Assembly (NCBI RefSeq): GCF_964204645.1
Contig: NC_134030.1
Span: forward strand, 541,355 to 605,354
Direction: 5' to 3'
Length of the DNA: 64,000 nucleotides
Source: Tubulanus polymorphus
Lineage: Eukaryota > Animalia > Nemertea
The notes under the pieces were generated by a model, which saw only the letters and a program-made list of their open reading frames with translations, was not told the DNA's origin and did no database searches. The translations under genes were made by a program, and so were the position numbers. Positions 37,319 through 50,204 of the stretch are shown piece by piece; the stretch's first letter is position 1; each line of letters begins with the position of its first letter.

Positions 37319-37965
37319 GATTGACAGAGGATAGACTAATCAATGTGAGGACTGACACATGAGCCAGTTGCTACACGGTAATATAGGTTAGAATGCCAGT
37401 TCCACAGTTCCACAGTTCCACCAGACCCGGGTCTAAGTAGATATATATATATTATTCAAATGTTTTTGAAATCCGAATTAAACTGTATTAATTGTTGGAA
37501 CTACAAGCGTCAGAAATTTCCAAACGTTTTTCACGTTTTTTTTTTCACCTCCGTATGACATACGACAGTAACCGCTAGCAACAGTAACGTCAGCGTTCCG
37601 GTATTGTTGTTGTTGCTGCTGCAACTACTGCTGCTGGATGCTGTGACGGAGGAGAGAGATGTGTTGTGTGATGGATTCGATTTTAATGTTGGTGCCTCGC
37701 CTGCGGCCTTGTTTCAATTGAATTGTTATTTTATTTTAAACCTTTTGTTTCGTGTCAGTTCAACTGCCTGATAACATTTTATATAATTTATCAATAATAA
37801 ACTTTATTTTCTAGTCCACAAACATTTTAATGCTTTGTTTAGTTTTAATTGTGGTATTTTGTGTGAAGTCGACAATGGACACAAAATCTGATATCAACAT
37901 TCATTTAATGAAAAGGAGTTCGTTATTAGTAACTAATCATAATTTTAATGTCAAGTAAATCGTAA

Positions 37966-38975
37966 TTTCGATATCCTAATAGTCAACCTTCAGAAATACT
38001 CTAGTTTCCCGAAGATGGCTATCAGGATATAGCTGCACTAGCTCAAGGAATACAGTATTCCTGAAGATGACTATTAGGATATAGTTGAAAAGTTGAATAA
38101 ACTACACTAGCTCAAGGAATGCAGTATTCCTGAAGATGACTATTGGGATAAAGTCGAAACGTTGAATAAACTACACTAGCTCAAGGAATACAGTATTCCT
38201 GAAGATGACTATTAGGATAAAGTCGAAACGTTGAATAAACTACACTAGCTCAAGGAATACAGTATTCCTGAAGATGACTATTAGGATAAAGTCGAAACGT
38301 TGAATAAACTACACTAGCTCAAGGAATACAGTATTCCTGAAGATGACTATTAGGATAAAGTCGAAACGTTGAATAAACTACACTAGCTCAAGGAATACAG
38401 TATTCCTGAAGATGACTATTAGGATATAGTTGAAACGTTGAATAAACTACACTAGCTCAAGGAATGCAGTATTCCTGAAGATGACTATTAGGATATAGTG
38501 GAAACGTTGAATAAACTACACTAGCTCAAGGAATACAGTATTCCTGAAGATTAATATTAGGATATAGTGGAAACGTTGAATAAACTACACTAGCTCAAGG
38601 AATACAGTATTCCTGAAGATGACTATTAGGATAAAGTCGAAACGTTGAATAAACTACACTAGCTCAAGGAATACAGTATTCCTGAAGATGACTATTAGGA
38701 TAAAGTCGAAACGTTGAATAAACTACACTAGCTCAAGGAATACAGTATTCCTGAAGATGACTATTAGGATAAAGTCGAAACGTTGAATAAACTACACTAG
38801 CTCAAGGAATACAGTATTCCTGAAGATGACTATTAGGATAAAGTCGAAACGTTGAATAAACTACACTAGCTCAAGGAATACAGTATTCCTGAAGATGACT
38901 ATTAGGATAAAGTCGAAACGTTGAATAAACTACACTAGCTCAAGGAAACATTTCAGACTCTTTTTATTCTAAGTG
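37966..38975 (+). mobile_element. Hammerhead-containing tandem array (family A), 13 x 69-bp plus a 5' inverted fragment
   Basis: Cores from 38061 to 38889 in 69-bp steps; inverted partial copy at 37966-38000; ~2 kb upstream of the Dlx ATG. Confidence 0.82.
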
Positions 38976-39612
38976 AGATTGATTGTTTCATTGATTGCTC
39001 GATTGTTTGATTGATTGCTTGATTGATTGTCAAAACGATTTCTTTTTTAGCAAATTATGATGTGTGTATTTCCAATAAGTCTGTGAAATAGATAGATCTA
39101 TGAATGGCAATGATGATTGGCAGATATCGCGAAGCAAGTGGGTCCTCGATAATAGATTCACACATAATATAAACAACATTTGAAATATAACTGAAATAAA
39201 TACATAACGACTCTATATAGTGTATATAAAACGGTCGTTTTGTCTGGTATTGTTGGCAGACGACTTTGATGATATATCGCGATATCTGTGTTTTTGAATT
39301 ACACGAAGGGAATTTAATCAAAATTTTCCGTCCAACAATGAATTTAATGATCGACGCGTTGTCGTTTATGCCGTGGAATTTTGGTCGGTTTATTTTGATT
39401 CGATTTTTGTGTATTATTCAGTTTTCAAGTGCCCGAACTAAAGCCCGGTCCTAGGTCACCCGACAGGCCGCCCTCTCGTATTGTCGCACTGTCACCATTT
39501 GGCGCCACTCGACACAAGTGAAGTCTTTCAATTTGTGAGTATAAAATTTTTACCGCGGCGTCTTGTAATTTCTTACTTTACGTCGCGCTCCGCGTTCATA
39601 AATCTTCGCTTG

Positions 39613-39970
39613 TGAGAGAAGAGAGAGAGAGAGGGAGAAAGAGAGAAAGAGAGAGAAGAGAGAGCTAGGTAAGTTGAGCGAGGGAGAGAGAGAGAACGAG
39701 AGAGGTAAAGAGAGAGAGGGAGAGAGAGCTAGGTAAATTGAGCGAGGGAGAGGGAGAGAGCGAGAGAGGTAAAGAGAGCGAGATAGAGGGAGAGAGTGCT
39801 AGGTAAAGAGAGGGGACAGGAACACAGTGGAGAGGGGAAGAGGGAAAGGGGAAAGGACAGGGACAGAGTGAGGGATAGGGACAGGGTGAGGGAGAGTGAG
39901 GGGTAGGGACAGGGCGAGGGTGGGGCGACGACGAGGGCGAGGGACAGGACGAGGGAGAGTGAGGGAAGTG
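39613..39970. repeat. Purine-rich (GA/GGGA) tract with internal ~65-bp duplication
   Basis: gagagctaggtaa(g/a)ttgagcgagggagag repeated; multiple GGG runs. Confidence 0.85.
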
Positions 39971-40249
39971 GATGCCCTGAAGACTCGGTTGGTCTACTAC
40001 CGTACATTGGCTTCTCATTCTCATTACAGGCCACTATTGTCAAGAGGATTAACAGGAGTCAAGGATTAACAGATTAAAGGCGATTAGTAAGATCAATGTT
40101 GTGTATTGCAGTGATTACTAGTATTGTTTCAGGCGCCATCAGTAAGAACCCGTGGAAGGTGCGATCTTCACTGGAATACTTATCATTGGAAAACTCTCAA
40201 ACGATCGCTTCGGGAATATTTCTGTGTCTCTGTTGGATTACTATATCTC

Positions 40250-40730
40250 TGCGTTCTGATTGGTCGATTCAATAAAAAGGCGCGCATTCCGTTTGAAATG
40301 CTGAAATTTCTGTCGTCTGAAAAAAATTTTCTCTTCAAAACTTTCGGTTGATTCGGTTTGCGATAAAGAATAACATTAGCATCAGCAGCAGCAGCAGCAG
40401 CAGCGGTTATCTGAGAGTGTTCGTTCCGCTATCAGCTGATTGGTTGAGGCTGTGTCTACGTCACGCGATCCCGAGCGACCAACCGAATTTCATCCATACT
40501 TTGACGACAATAACCCGTCGTTCAAACCGTCTCCATTGTTGCGTCGACGACACGACTATCCAATCAGCGAGCTTAATTACACCGATGGGCGTGTCGAGCA
40601 CGACAGTTTGCTGTTAATGTGACGGTCGGAATTTCGCAGATGATGATTTAAGTGCCGGTGTTGGCTAAATCGTCAGTTTAGATTTGAAAGCTATCATAGA
40701 CTCGACTGGCGTACTATATTTAACTAGCAA
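40250..40730 (+). promoter_or_regulatory. Probable Dlx proximal promoter
   Basis: CCAAT boxes (ctgattgg ~40256 and ~40436; ccaatcag ~40560), TAATTA ~40574 and TATA-like TATATTTAA ~40714, about 240 bp 5' of the ATG; CpG-rich. Confidence 0.55.
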
Positions 40731-40957
40731 AATTATACATAATCAACTTGGCGATCAGCGCATCTAGAATATAGTTAGGCGACTGCTATTTACCGGGAAT
40801 TCATCTGCTTGAAAAACTGTTTTCAAATTTCTGGTGTTTTTGCGATACGATTATCGCCTAGATTTTAAATACTGTTCACCGACCGACGGTGAACTTCTGA
40901 AATATTTATCTGAATATTTTCGAACTTGTTTTGCGCGCGCGCTACGTCGATAGTACC

Positions 40958-41243
40958 ATGTTGAATATGGCGAACTCAGCGGATCCTTTGGATCAGGATT
41001 TAGGCAACAAATCCGCTTTCATGGAAATTCAACAGCAAACGATGGCGCCGAGCATGTCGCATTCTCACTATATCAGATACCCGAATCAACATCCGCAACA
41101 CGATGGATTTGGGGGGCCTCAACATCAGCGACATTTAGGATACTTTCCGATGAACGCCATGTCACCGACGTCCTATACACCGCCTGGGCACCACCATTTC
41201 GGAATGTCCTACCAGCCGTGTACTACCAGTCCACCAAGAGATG
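40958..41243 (+). CDS. Dlx: Distal-less/Dlx homeobox gene, coding exon 1
   Basis: accATG start; MLNMANSADPLDQDLGNKSAFMEIQQQ contains the Dlx N-terminal KSAFME motif; ends SPPRD G|gtaagt. Confidence 0.93.
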
Positions 41244-41331
41244 GTAAGTTTGAAAACAAAAAATCTTCTTGAACTATTAGAACTTTTGTATATTATATAG
41301 AGAATCCTGTAATGATCACTAAAATGATATT

Positions 41332-41412
41332 AAGTCTGAAATGTTTCCGTTGAGCTAGTGTAGTCTGTTCAACGTTTCAATTTCATCCTAAAAGTCATCT
41401 TCAGGAATACTA
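41332..41412 (-). mobile_element. Single degenerate family-A hammerhead repeat in Dlx intron 1
   Basis: gtctgaaatgtttccgttgagctagtgtagt...agtcatcttcaggaatact. Confidence 0.75.
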
Positions 41413-41510
41413 GTTACAACTTTTATTCAGAACTTTTATTTTATCTGATGATTCGCTAAATGCTGCTAAAATATGGCTTAGAAATCCGTGTAACTTTCAC
41501 AATAATTACT

Positions 41511-41645
41511 GAGACCAGTTTCACAATCGCGACTTAAGTAAAAAAGTGGTCTTAAAATGTTAAGACTGGTCTTATATTGTTAGATTCACCATAGATTTAA
41601 GACTGGTCTTAAAACAAAGCCATCATTGTTCAACTGTCCCCCAGG
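41511..41645. mobile_element. Degenerate MITE of the ccagtt...aactg family with internal ttaagactggtctt repeats
   Basis: Related segments at ~1670-1820, ~15560-15680 and ~18110-18300. Confidence 0.55.
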
Positions 41646-42548
41646 ATTAACTCATAAAGCTAGTAATATAATATCTGTTAACTTCACCAGAACTTTGGAA
41701 CTGGTTTCAAAACTTTGAAACTGGTTCAGTTCCGTTAAAAAGTATAATAACTCCTAAATCGATATGTGTCAAATATCGAATTGACGAAGAAATAAGTTTT
41801 GAAAGTTTTAAACCTTTTTCCCCTTGAAACCGACTCGCGTAGAATTCCGAGACTAGAGCGGAATTCGGAAAAAAACCACGAACAGAAAATTGTCTTCCTT
41901 GTTCCCCGAAATTCGGAAAGTTGTTTTTTTCCCGATTTGATAAGATAAACACGCTAGCTAAAAACTGCGGCAGCTCAAATCTAAATAGATAGAAAAATAA
42001 TGCGTAAAACCATAAGATATATATCAACGTTTAGATGATTAATATCGCTAATGATAATCGTAATAATTTCAGATATATCAATAATTGAATAAAACGGCAT
42101 CGAAATTGAGATCAAAATCGAAAAATAGAAATAAACAGGAATTAAAATCGACACAGTTAAAAATATTGAACGTGTGTGAAAGTTTTTCGTAAAATTCAAA
42201 AATAATAAAAATAAAGAAATCGTGCAAAGAACTCGTTTTAAAAATGAGCGCGCTATTCATACATACATACCTGTATATCAGCGATAATCCAACGGGAATA
42301 TAATTAATCCAATAATAATAATAGTAATAAACCGATAATCCTCTAGAGACCGAAAGTCGCACAATAAACGAATTATTTATCGCCGTCGTTTTTCCAACTG
42401 AGAAATTTATAACTTCCTTCCGTTTATCGTAATATTTCTACAGGTGCCCGCGCGCAGGTGCCCGCGCCGTTAAAATATTGTAATAATAATCCAGATAATA
42501 ATCCGTTAATTAATTGTTTAATTTGTTAATTGTTTTTTTTTGTCGCAG

Positions 42549-42730
42549 ATAAATCGATGGTGGAAGAACAACTGCGCATGAACGGGAAGGGTAAAAAAAT
42601 GCGCAAACCCAGAACGATATATTCGTCGTTACAACTTCAACAGCTGAACCGTCGATTTCAGAGGACTCAGTACCTGGCTTTACCGGAACGAGCCGAACTG
42701 GCAGCTGCACTAGGACTGACACAAACTCAG
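42549..42730 (+). CDS. Dlx: Dlx coding exon 2 (homeodomain residues 1-44)
   Basis: Bounded by tcgcag| and CAG|gtacgg. Encodes (D)[60 protein letters not shown]. Confidence 0.98.
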
Positions 42731-45700
42731 GTACGGGTCGTATAAATATAACCAGTCATTATTACCTCAAATTCCAGCAGCAGCAGCAACAGCAGTTACA
42801 GTAGTTGATTGAGCTCAAATCGGCTGGAATTAAAATCATCTGATTGTCTGTCATTAGGTGATAGCGCGTGCGCTGAAAACTATCAGTTAAGGCGCTGACA
42901 GTGAATTTAGACCTATCTTCAATAGTTATACCTAATTTACTACGGAGTAACAGCCGCTACCGCTGCTGCTGCTGCTGCTGCTGCCGCTGCAGGCTTCGCT
43001 AACAAATTACGAACTATTTCACGTAAAATTGATGCCTCGTCCCCATTTATTATAAAAGTAAACAATCATTTTTGTTAATTAAGCGGTTGTGTTTTTCTAG
43101 TTTATACCGGGGTTTGATTATAGGGGGCGGGGGTGAGAGAAGGGGGGATCTCGAGACCGTCACTGGTGACGTCGTAATTTCAGTTATTTCGTCGCCTGTA
43201 ATTTCGCTAAAATAAGGACTCGTCGAACTTCCGGAAAAGTGGAAATTACGGCGTAATTTCGGCTGATAAATTGCTAGGTTTTCTTCGCCGGTAGAAAACG
43301 TCAGATTCTCGTCTGACGGTAATCAGAGGCAATATAACATAATAATACCGTCGATAGGAGGGTAATCTGGTGGATGATTACAGGCTGATTACAGGTCTAA
43401 TGGACCAGTAACATACAACGTGTGGATCGTCCCAGCATCTCATTATTCAGTCATCATCTTCTGGTGAAGGGGGATCACACAGCGCACCCCCTCCCCTCCC
43501 CTCACCCCGATAAAGGTCCCCTACCGTCTTATCTTCAAGCTATATCGTGATGTCCATAAATCAAAATCACCAGAAATCTATTCTGCTGAATTTTGTTTTT
43601 CTTTTAAAAATTTTTAGAACTAAATCATTTTAAATAATTTCGATTCCAAAATTTTTAACGTTTCATTTTTAGAAAAATATTTCACCAATTTCGATAAGTC
43701 TTATTTAGCGGATGAGGTTTTAGGGCTAATTTACACGTCTAAAAGTTCGAGCAGATTTAAACAGATTATCACAGTCAAAAACGAACTGATCTCTTGGGAG
43801 TAATTTAACGAACGTAAACATTTTCCCATGTGTCGAGAGGTATAACCCTCAGTGTAATTATGACGGTCACCACGCCGTCTGTTTACAAGGAGGGACTCGT
43901 AAAGGAATATATATCACTGGCGCCGAGTCTTACGACAACTTTACAACTTGTTTTTGTTATTGAATTGAATGACACTGCACAAATGAGATTTTGTCTCTTC
44001 AGACTCGACCGCGTGAAACACGTATTAAAAACCGCAAATATTTCGTAGATTTTAGAGTTGGGGTCAGTTTACAGTGTCTATTTAATGGCTTCAATTTGAG
44101 ATTCGTGATGATAAAGACGTGTGTCTTTGGATCATTTTCGTTAAATTTGAAAATTATCATTTCCTAAATTTGTGGAGTTATAACTATATCGAAATTAATT
44201 TTTGTCGGTTAAATTTCACGGTTAGAATCAGGGTTATTATCAAGAGTAATTAGACTTTTTTTCAACAAATCACATAATTTATAAAATAGGTCTTGCATTG
44301 CAGATTCTTAGTCAATATGAAATTCTTCGTTTATTTCAATTTAGGAAAAACCTCCGAAATGAATATGAAATTTGTCAGATATAGAACTATTTTGATATAT
44401 CGAATATGCCCTAATATGATATATCGGATCGGATAGTGATATATCAGATATAGTAATAGCCGGTGTTGTTGGTATAAAATGTTCACCCCAGTTAACAGTA
44501 AAAGTTGGACGGATAATTCTCAATGTGAACAGAATCATTATTAGCAGTTTATACCCCTGTCATAGTATTGATTTATCCTACAGTAGTGTATAGAGTGTTA
44601 AAGGACGACGGTTAATTTCTATTTAAACTGTTTGAATTATAAATGATATTGTCACTACTGGCGATCACCGAGTCTCCTATCGCCACTCACCTCACTCCTC
44701 CGAGAATACTAATTTAATCATGATCGCCAATAATGTCGTTAAATGATTGGATTTGAATTATTTAACCCGATGATTTTGCGTGCGCACGCGCGCCCGTACT
44801 ACAGTACCCGGTAGTAGTTCAGCCTGATGTCGTCGAAATCCCGGGGTCGCGATCGCACCCGTCTATATCCGGGTATTCCGTTGTCCCCATCACCGCGTAC
44901 TTCCGGCATCAACGGTTCTCATTGTTGCGAAGACGCGCCGACGATTCAAAATCCTGTCGGTTTTTTTTGCGTATTGTTTCCCAGCCTTTGATGGAGTTAT
45001 AAATGAAGTATTTATTCATATATTAAAAATCCTAATAACTTGGCAAAAACGGGCTTAGGATACGATTCTAAACTTCCTGGTGACGCGATTCTCAGAAACA
45101 CGAATTCCCAGCCGGGAAGATATATAGGCCTACATATATTTTCACTTTGTTCGTCTGAATTTTCCTTTTTTCTAAATGGCGGTGGGTCTCAGGTGCTGGT
45201 TGTCTGATGCGGGTATTTTGAGTACTGTCTCCTACAGTTTGTTGCTTTCATCCTTTCATTATGGATAAAAACCAGCCTTTTGTTTGCGCAGTTCGCGCTG
45301 AGTGAATGGACGATTTTTAGAATTTGGATTATATTATTATCATCATTTTGTGTGTGTGTCTGCGCTCAGTTCATCGTTACTTGTTGTTGTCAGTTGAGAG
45401 GAGATTTATATGATGGTACTAGTTGTATGACTTCCTGAAAAGGCTCCCTCGTGACACGGACGAACCGGCAGATCTCCTGATCACAGTCAACCTCTCGTGA
45501 TCTCCATCTTTCAAAATTAGAAAAATTGAATAATTCCAATGAAAGCAAAAAAAAACGTTTTGCAATTAAATTCAATAATCTTGTTTTTTAGTTTTTGTCC
45601 ACATTGAAAATATAAAGCAACCAATATCGATAACAATTAAAAATTGGGAATCTAACTTTTTCGGTCCATCCAGATCGAGATATAATTATAAATAAAAATG

Positions 45701-45997
45701 AGTAGGAATATTCGGATGAACAGGGAAATGTCGGCGTTTAATGATCACGCATATCTTATAATATTTCTCGCTGATTGGCGTTCAGTGTGCAGGAGGGGGG
45801 TAAGATGGTATATCGTATTTCACCGCATGTTCCCGGAGGCTGGCTGTAACATTCTCCGGTTACTGTGTGTTTAGAAGCTGCAGACGACACTCTCACACTC
45901 ATCGCTTCATTAATCAATCTATTCATATTTTATCAGTGACGATAAATATCCACTCAAATGCTGTAGAGTGCAGTAGAATACCTGAAATATCTGAATA

Positions 45998-46291
45998 CAG
46001 TTCCACAGTGAGTGGATCCAGTTCCACAGTTCAGGGCACAGTTCCACACTCACTGCACTCAGTTCCACAATAACTGTACCCAGTTCTGCAGTTGAGGACC
46101 CAGTTCCACACTTAGTGGACTCAGTTCTACGGTTACTGGGATCAGTTCCACAGTTCTGGACCCAGTCCCACACTGAGCTCAGTTCTGCAGTTATGAACCA
46201 AGTTCCACAGTTCTGGATCCAGTTCCACAGTTCTGGACCCAGTTCCACAGTTCTGTACCCACTTCCACAGTTCTGGATCCACTTCCACAGT
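45998..46291. repeat. Degenerate 20-bp MITE-end minisatellite in Dlx intron 2
   Basis: Recurring cagttccacagtt units. Confidence 0.85.
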
Positions 46292-46966
46292 GTTGTGAAT
46301 TCAGTCTTTCAATAAATATTTCAATTAAGTCCATGTTTTACATGCATCTACACACACAGTATAAACACCGCAAATCGAGGTAACACTCAATAATTCAACA
46401 TAATGTGTCATTATTCTATTTCGGTATAATGATGTACTTTGATAGGAAACATTTTTGACAAATTATCAAAACAACATTTAATAGCGGAAAATAGCTGATT
46501 GAGTGTAATGTAATGTATAGTGAGATATAGCAGTGTCTGTACGTGTACTCCTGGTATAGCCAGCGTCGTTAAACCCTGTCATAAATATACTCCCCGAAAT
46601 AATACAATCTTGAATACTGATAAAATCTTTCGCGTCAAACCGTTGAATAGAAAACGCCTAAAAATGGCGGACGCTTCGACAATGTAACGCGTCACGACGT
46701 ATTGAAATCATGGAGATCTTATCGGACCAGGAATTCACGTCTAAAAGTAGAATTAATCAGATATATATTTACATAATAATAGCGAAAATGAACTTAGATT
46801 TTCTTTATGTCCGACAAGACAAGGTCGTCGTACGCTACATCGAGTCAGAGGGAACTGACTATACACACCTGGGTTTAACAGGGATATTGTAGGATTTGGC
46901 GGGTGGCAATCAAGGAAATTTGGTTTTATTTTGGCGAAAAAAAAGTTATTCTTGAAATTAGATTTA

Positions 46967-47612
46967 TATAATGTAAAATCCCTGCACACCAAGAATAAAA
47001 AGAGTCTGAAATGTTTCCTTGAGCTAGTGTAGTTTATTTCAACATTTCGACTATATCCTAATAGTCATCTTCAGGAATACTGTATTCCTCGAGCTAGTGT
47101 AGTTTATTCAACGTTTCGACTATATCCTAATAGTCATCTTCAGGAATACTGTATTCCTTGAGCTAGTGTAGTTTATTCAACATTTCGACTATATCCTAAT
47201 AGTCATCTTCAGGAATACTGTATTCCTTGAGCTAGTGTAGTTTATTCAACGTTTCGACTTTATCCTAATAGTCATCTTCAGGAATACAGTATTCCTTGAG
47301 CTAGTGTAGTTTATTCAACATTTCGACTATATCCTAATAGTCATCTTCAGGAATACTGTATTCCTCGAGCTAGTGTAGTTTATTCAACATTTCGACTATA
47401 TCCTAATAGTCATCTTCAGGAATACAGTATTCCTTGAGCTAGTGTAGTTTATTTCAACATTTCGACTATATCCTGATATTCATCTTCAGGAATACAGGCC
47501 TATCTGACTATTCAGTATTCGTGAAGACGACTATTAGGATATAGTCGAAACCTTTTTTTATAATTCTCAATAGGCAGGGATTTTTTACAACACAGAGTAT
47601 TTCATCGATGGT
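46967..47612 (-). mobile_element. Family-A hammerhead array (7 x 69-bp), antisense to Dlx, with an inverted fragment at its 5' end
   Basis: tcttcag cores ending at 47074 to 47489; inverted partial monomer at 47512-47612. Confidence 0.82.
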
Positions 47613-48396
47613 TAAGTTACGCATTCACGAATATCTTTCTAGGATTCAAGATTTTTTTCCCGATAAAATTATATTTTATTTTTTCGAAAAAATATCGTAT
47701 CGTCAACATGTACTTAATATGTAACTCAAACGAATAAGGTTCACAATATTTCGAATAAGAACCGTCGCTGGACGCGTCGCGGTTTGTTTCATTATTAGAG
47801 CGCAGGAACGTTAATAAGAAATGAACGCGGTCGCCGCATAATCAGTTCGTCGTTTCATCACACATCTGTTGAAACCCTGCGTAGTTTGTATGAAGACTTA
47901 TCAGCAGGATTCCCCGTCAATTTACAATTTGTAACTAATAAAAATAATTGCTACGCTTTTCTGAATTTGAAGTCAGTCGCAATATTTTTGTTATAATGAT
48001 TATTGTGTGTGTTTGATTGTTGTAACTGCGCTCATTATTGCGTCGCACGGAAATAAGAATAAAAGAATTCTCGATTCGTTAATTGGCTGCAACAGGTGCT
48101 AGAACGTTAAACACGTGACCGGATTTAAACAAATCACCGAGCGTTACGAGTGTTATTTGAATTGTTGAATTATTTATAGGTAAATCGATAAATGTAAACA
48201 GTGATTTAAAATATCAACTGACTCGTTTTCTATTGTGTCCATAGATACGTTATACGTTTTATATTTATTATGCTAGCGGTTTTTAGTGGGTTTTTATTGG
48301 AAAATGGGAATTAGTTTAGTAAAAATAGTAATTTTAGATAAAAAGAGCTTCGATTAGGATCGGACTTTGTTTTTTAATGTTAGAGTAGGCCATGAA

Positions 48397-48590
48397 TAAT
48401 CACATTACTGAAGTCATCTCTATTTTTGACGCCCGAGAATGTGTTATCTAGTTAAACTTACTGAGTGTAAGTCATTAGTTGGGAAAGAAGTCACATCACT
48501 GAAGTCATCTTTATTCCAAGAATAGCCTCAAGAATTTGTATTTCATAGTCACATTTTTCAAGTGCAAGTCGTCATCTGGAAAAGTCATCA
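48397..48590. repeat. Diverged 89-bp satellite relic (~2 copies)
   Basis: cacattactgaagtcatctctatttttga ... gtgtaagtcat. Confidence 0.7.
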
Positions 48591-50204
48591 ACATGAAATT
48601 AGAGTATTTGACAGGTTAGGTTTCGAGGGAAGAGGGAGAGAGAAGGGAGAGAGAGAGAAAGAGAGAGAAGGGAGAAGGGACAGTGAGAGAAGTGACAGAG
48701 AGAGAGAGAGAGAGGAAGAGCCGGCTGCCTTGAGTGAATAGGACCAACAGATTTTTATATACGCGTATGTTCCGGGAGAGCACTGGCGTCGCGTCGAATC
48801 GGGCAGAAAGACACTCTCGTCTGCTCAATGCGTCCCACAACGCTATAATTAATGGGTAGACGTTGTGGGGTAGTTTGTTCGGGCCTACTGACAAGGAACC
48901 GTGATTCATTGTACCTTTCGCGTTTAATAGACTCGCTACAGATTAACAATTCGCAGTTGGCGACGGGGGCGGTACCGGCCACGACATATTGGGTTCCATT
49001 CCGACTTACTCTGAATCGGCACTTTTATAAGGCTTCTCTCTCTCTCTCTCTCTCTCGCCCTGCATTGGGACACATGATGGTGATGGTGGTGACGGGTTGA
49101 AATCACTACGAACCAGGAAGATGAGAATGACAAAACAAAATAACAGAAAATGCGGGCAACTACACTGGTCCTATCTATATATTATATTCATATATATCAA
49201 GCATGACGTACACATATATGGAGAGAAAATTATATGAAATTATTACTGATAGAAAAATTAGCCTAATAATTGAATCGAAATATTGCGCGATGGTTTAGCA
49301 CCGAAACTTCACCGACCGTTCGCTACATTTGGCGCTGAAATACAAAACACCGCAAATGTGCGCATTCATCGCGTTGTTATATTATGTTTATTCGTTTTTC
49401 TGTTTGTGTGGTGGAAATATTATGTCCGTTTTCATCTTTTGTAAACTTCAATCGTAGCCTAAATATATGTATAACTTACCAGACATAAGCAACAACTACC
49501 ATATCAAAGAAATGAAATTTATTTATTGAGATTTAGAATCAAAATCGACGTTGCGAATTTCAGAGAGATGCGAAGAAATAAATAAGGGGTATATTGATGG
49601 AGGAGAAGCCATTTGAATAGATCTTTTATTTATAATTTTTTTTCTATAATTCACACTCAGTTCTTTTAAATAATAATTCTATAATTCGGGCGTCGATAAA
49701 CTATCTGTGTAAACTCGCGCGAGAGCGCGGTTTATAACACATTGTTGTAGAATGTGACGTAGCGTTTTAACTAAATCTAAGGAGTAAAATATGAAACCCG
49801 GCAATTATCATCAATTATCTTACAGCGGATTCGGTTGCCTTGGAGAATCTATCTTACATCAATAAGGCCACCTCGCGTACGCATATACGACGGATATTTC
49901 AAAAGAGAACCCTGGGTTCATTGCGCACCAGAACTACTAAAATTACTTATTGATTGAAAGAACTTAGATATTATATATATATATATATCCATATATACAT
50001 ATATTGAATGTTTATGGAACAGAGTGTAATATGTAGTATTTTGAGTAGAGATGAATACTGTGAAACTTGAATCATTTCTAACTTTATTCATGAGGATTAA
50101 TTGAATTCTATCCTATGAGGATGTGAAATTAATGGTGTCAATAAGCACTGTCTGAGTCTGCGTTGTGTTGCTCCAACAAAAAGGAAAAAAATGATTCAAG
50201 CCTG

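Noticed and set aside
38040-38960. CRISPR-like appearance of the regularly spaced palindromic 69-bp repeats (also the 55-, 89- and 109-bp arrays)
   Set aside because: There are no unique spacers, the units are identical end to end, no cas genes are present, and the context is eukaryotic with spliceosomal introns.
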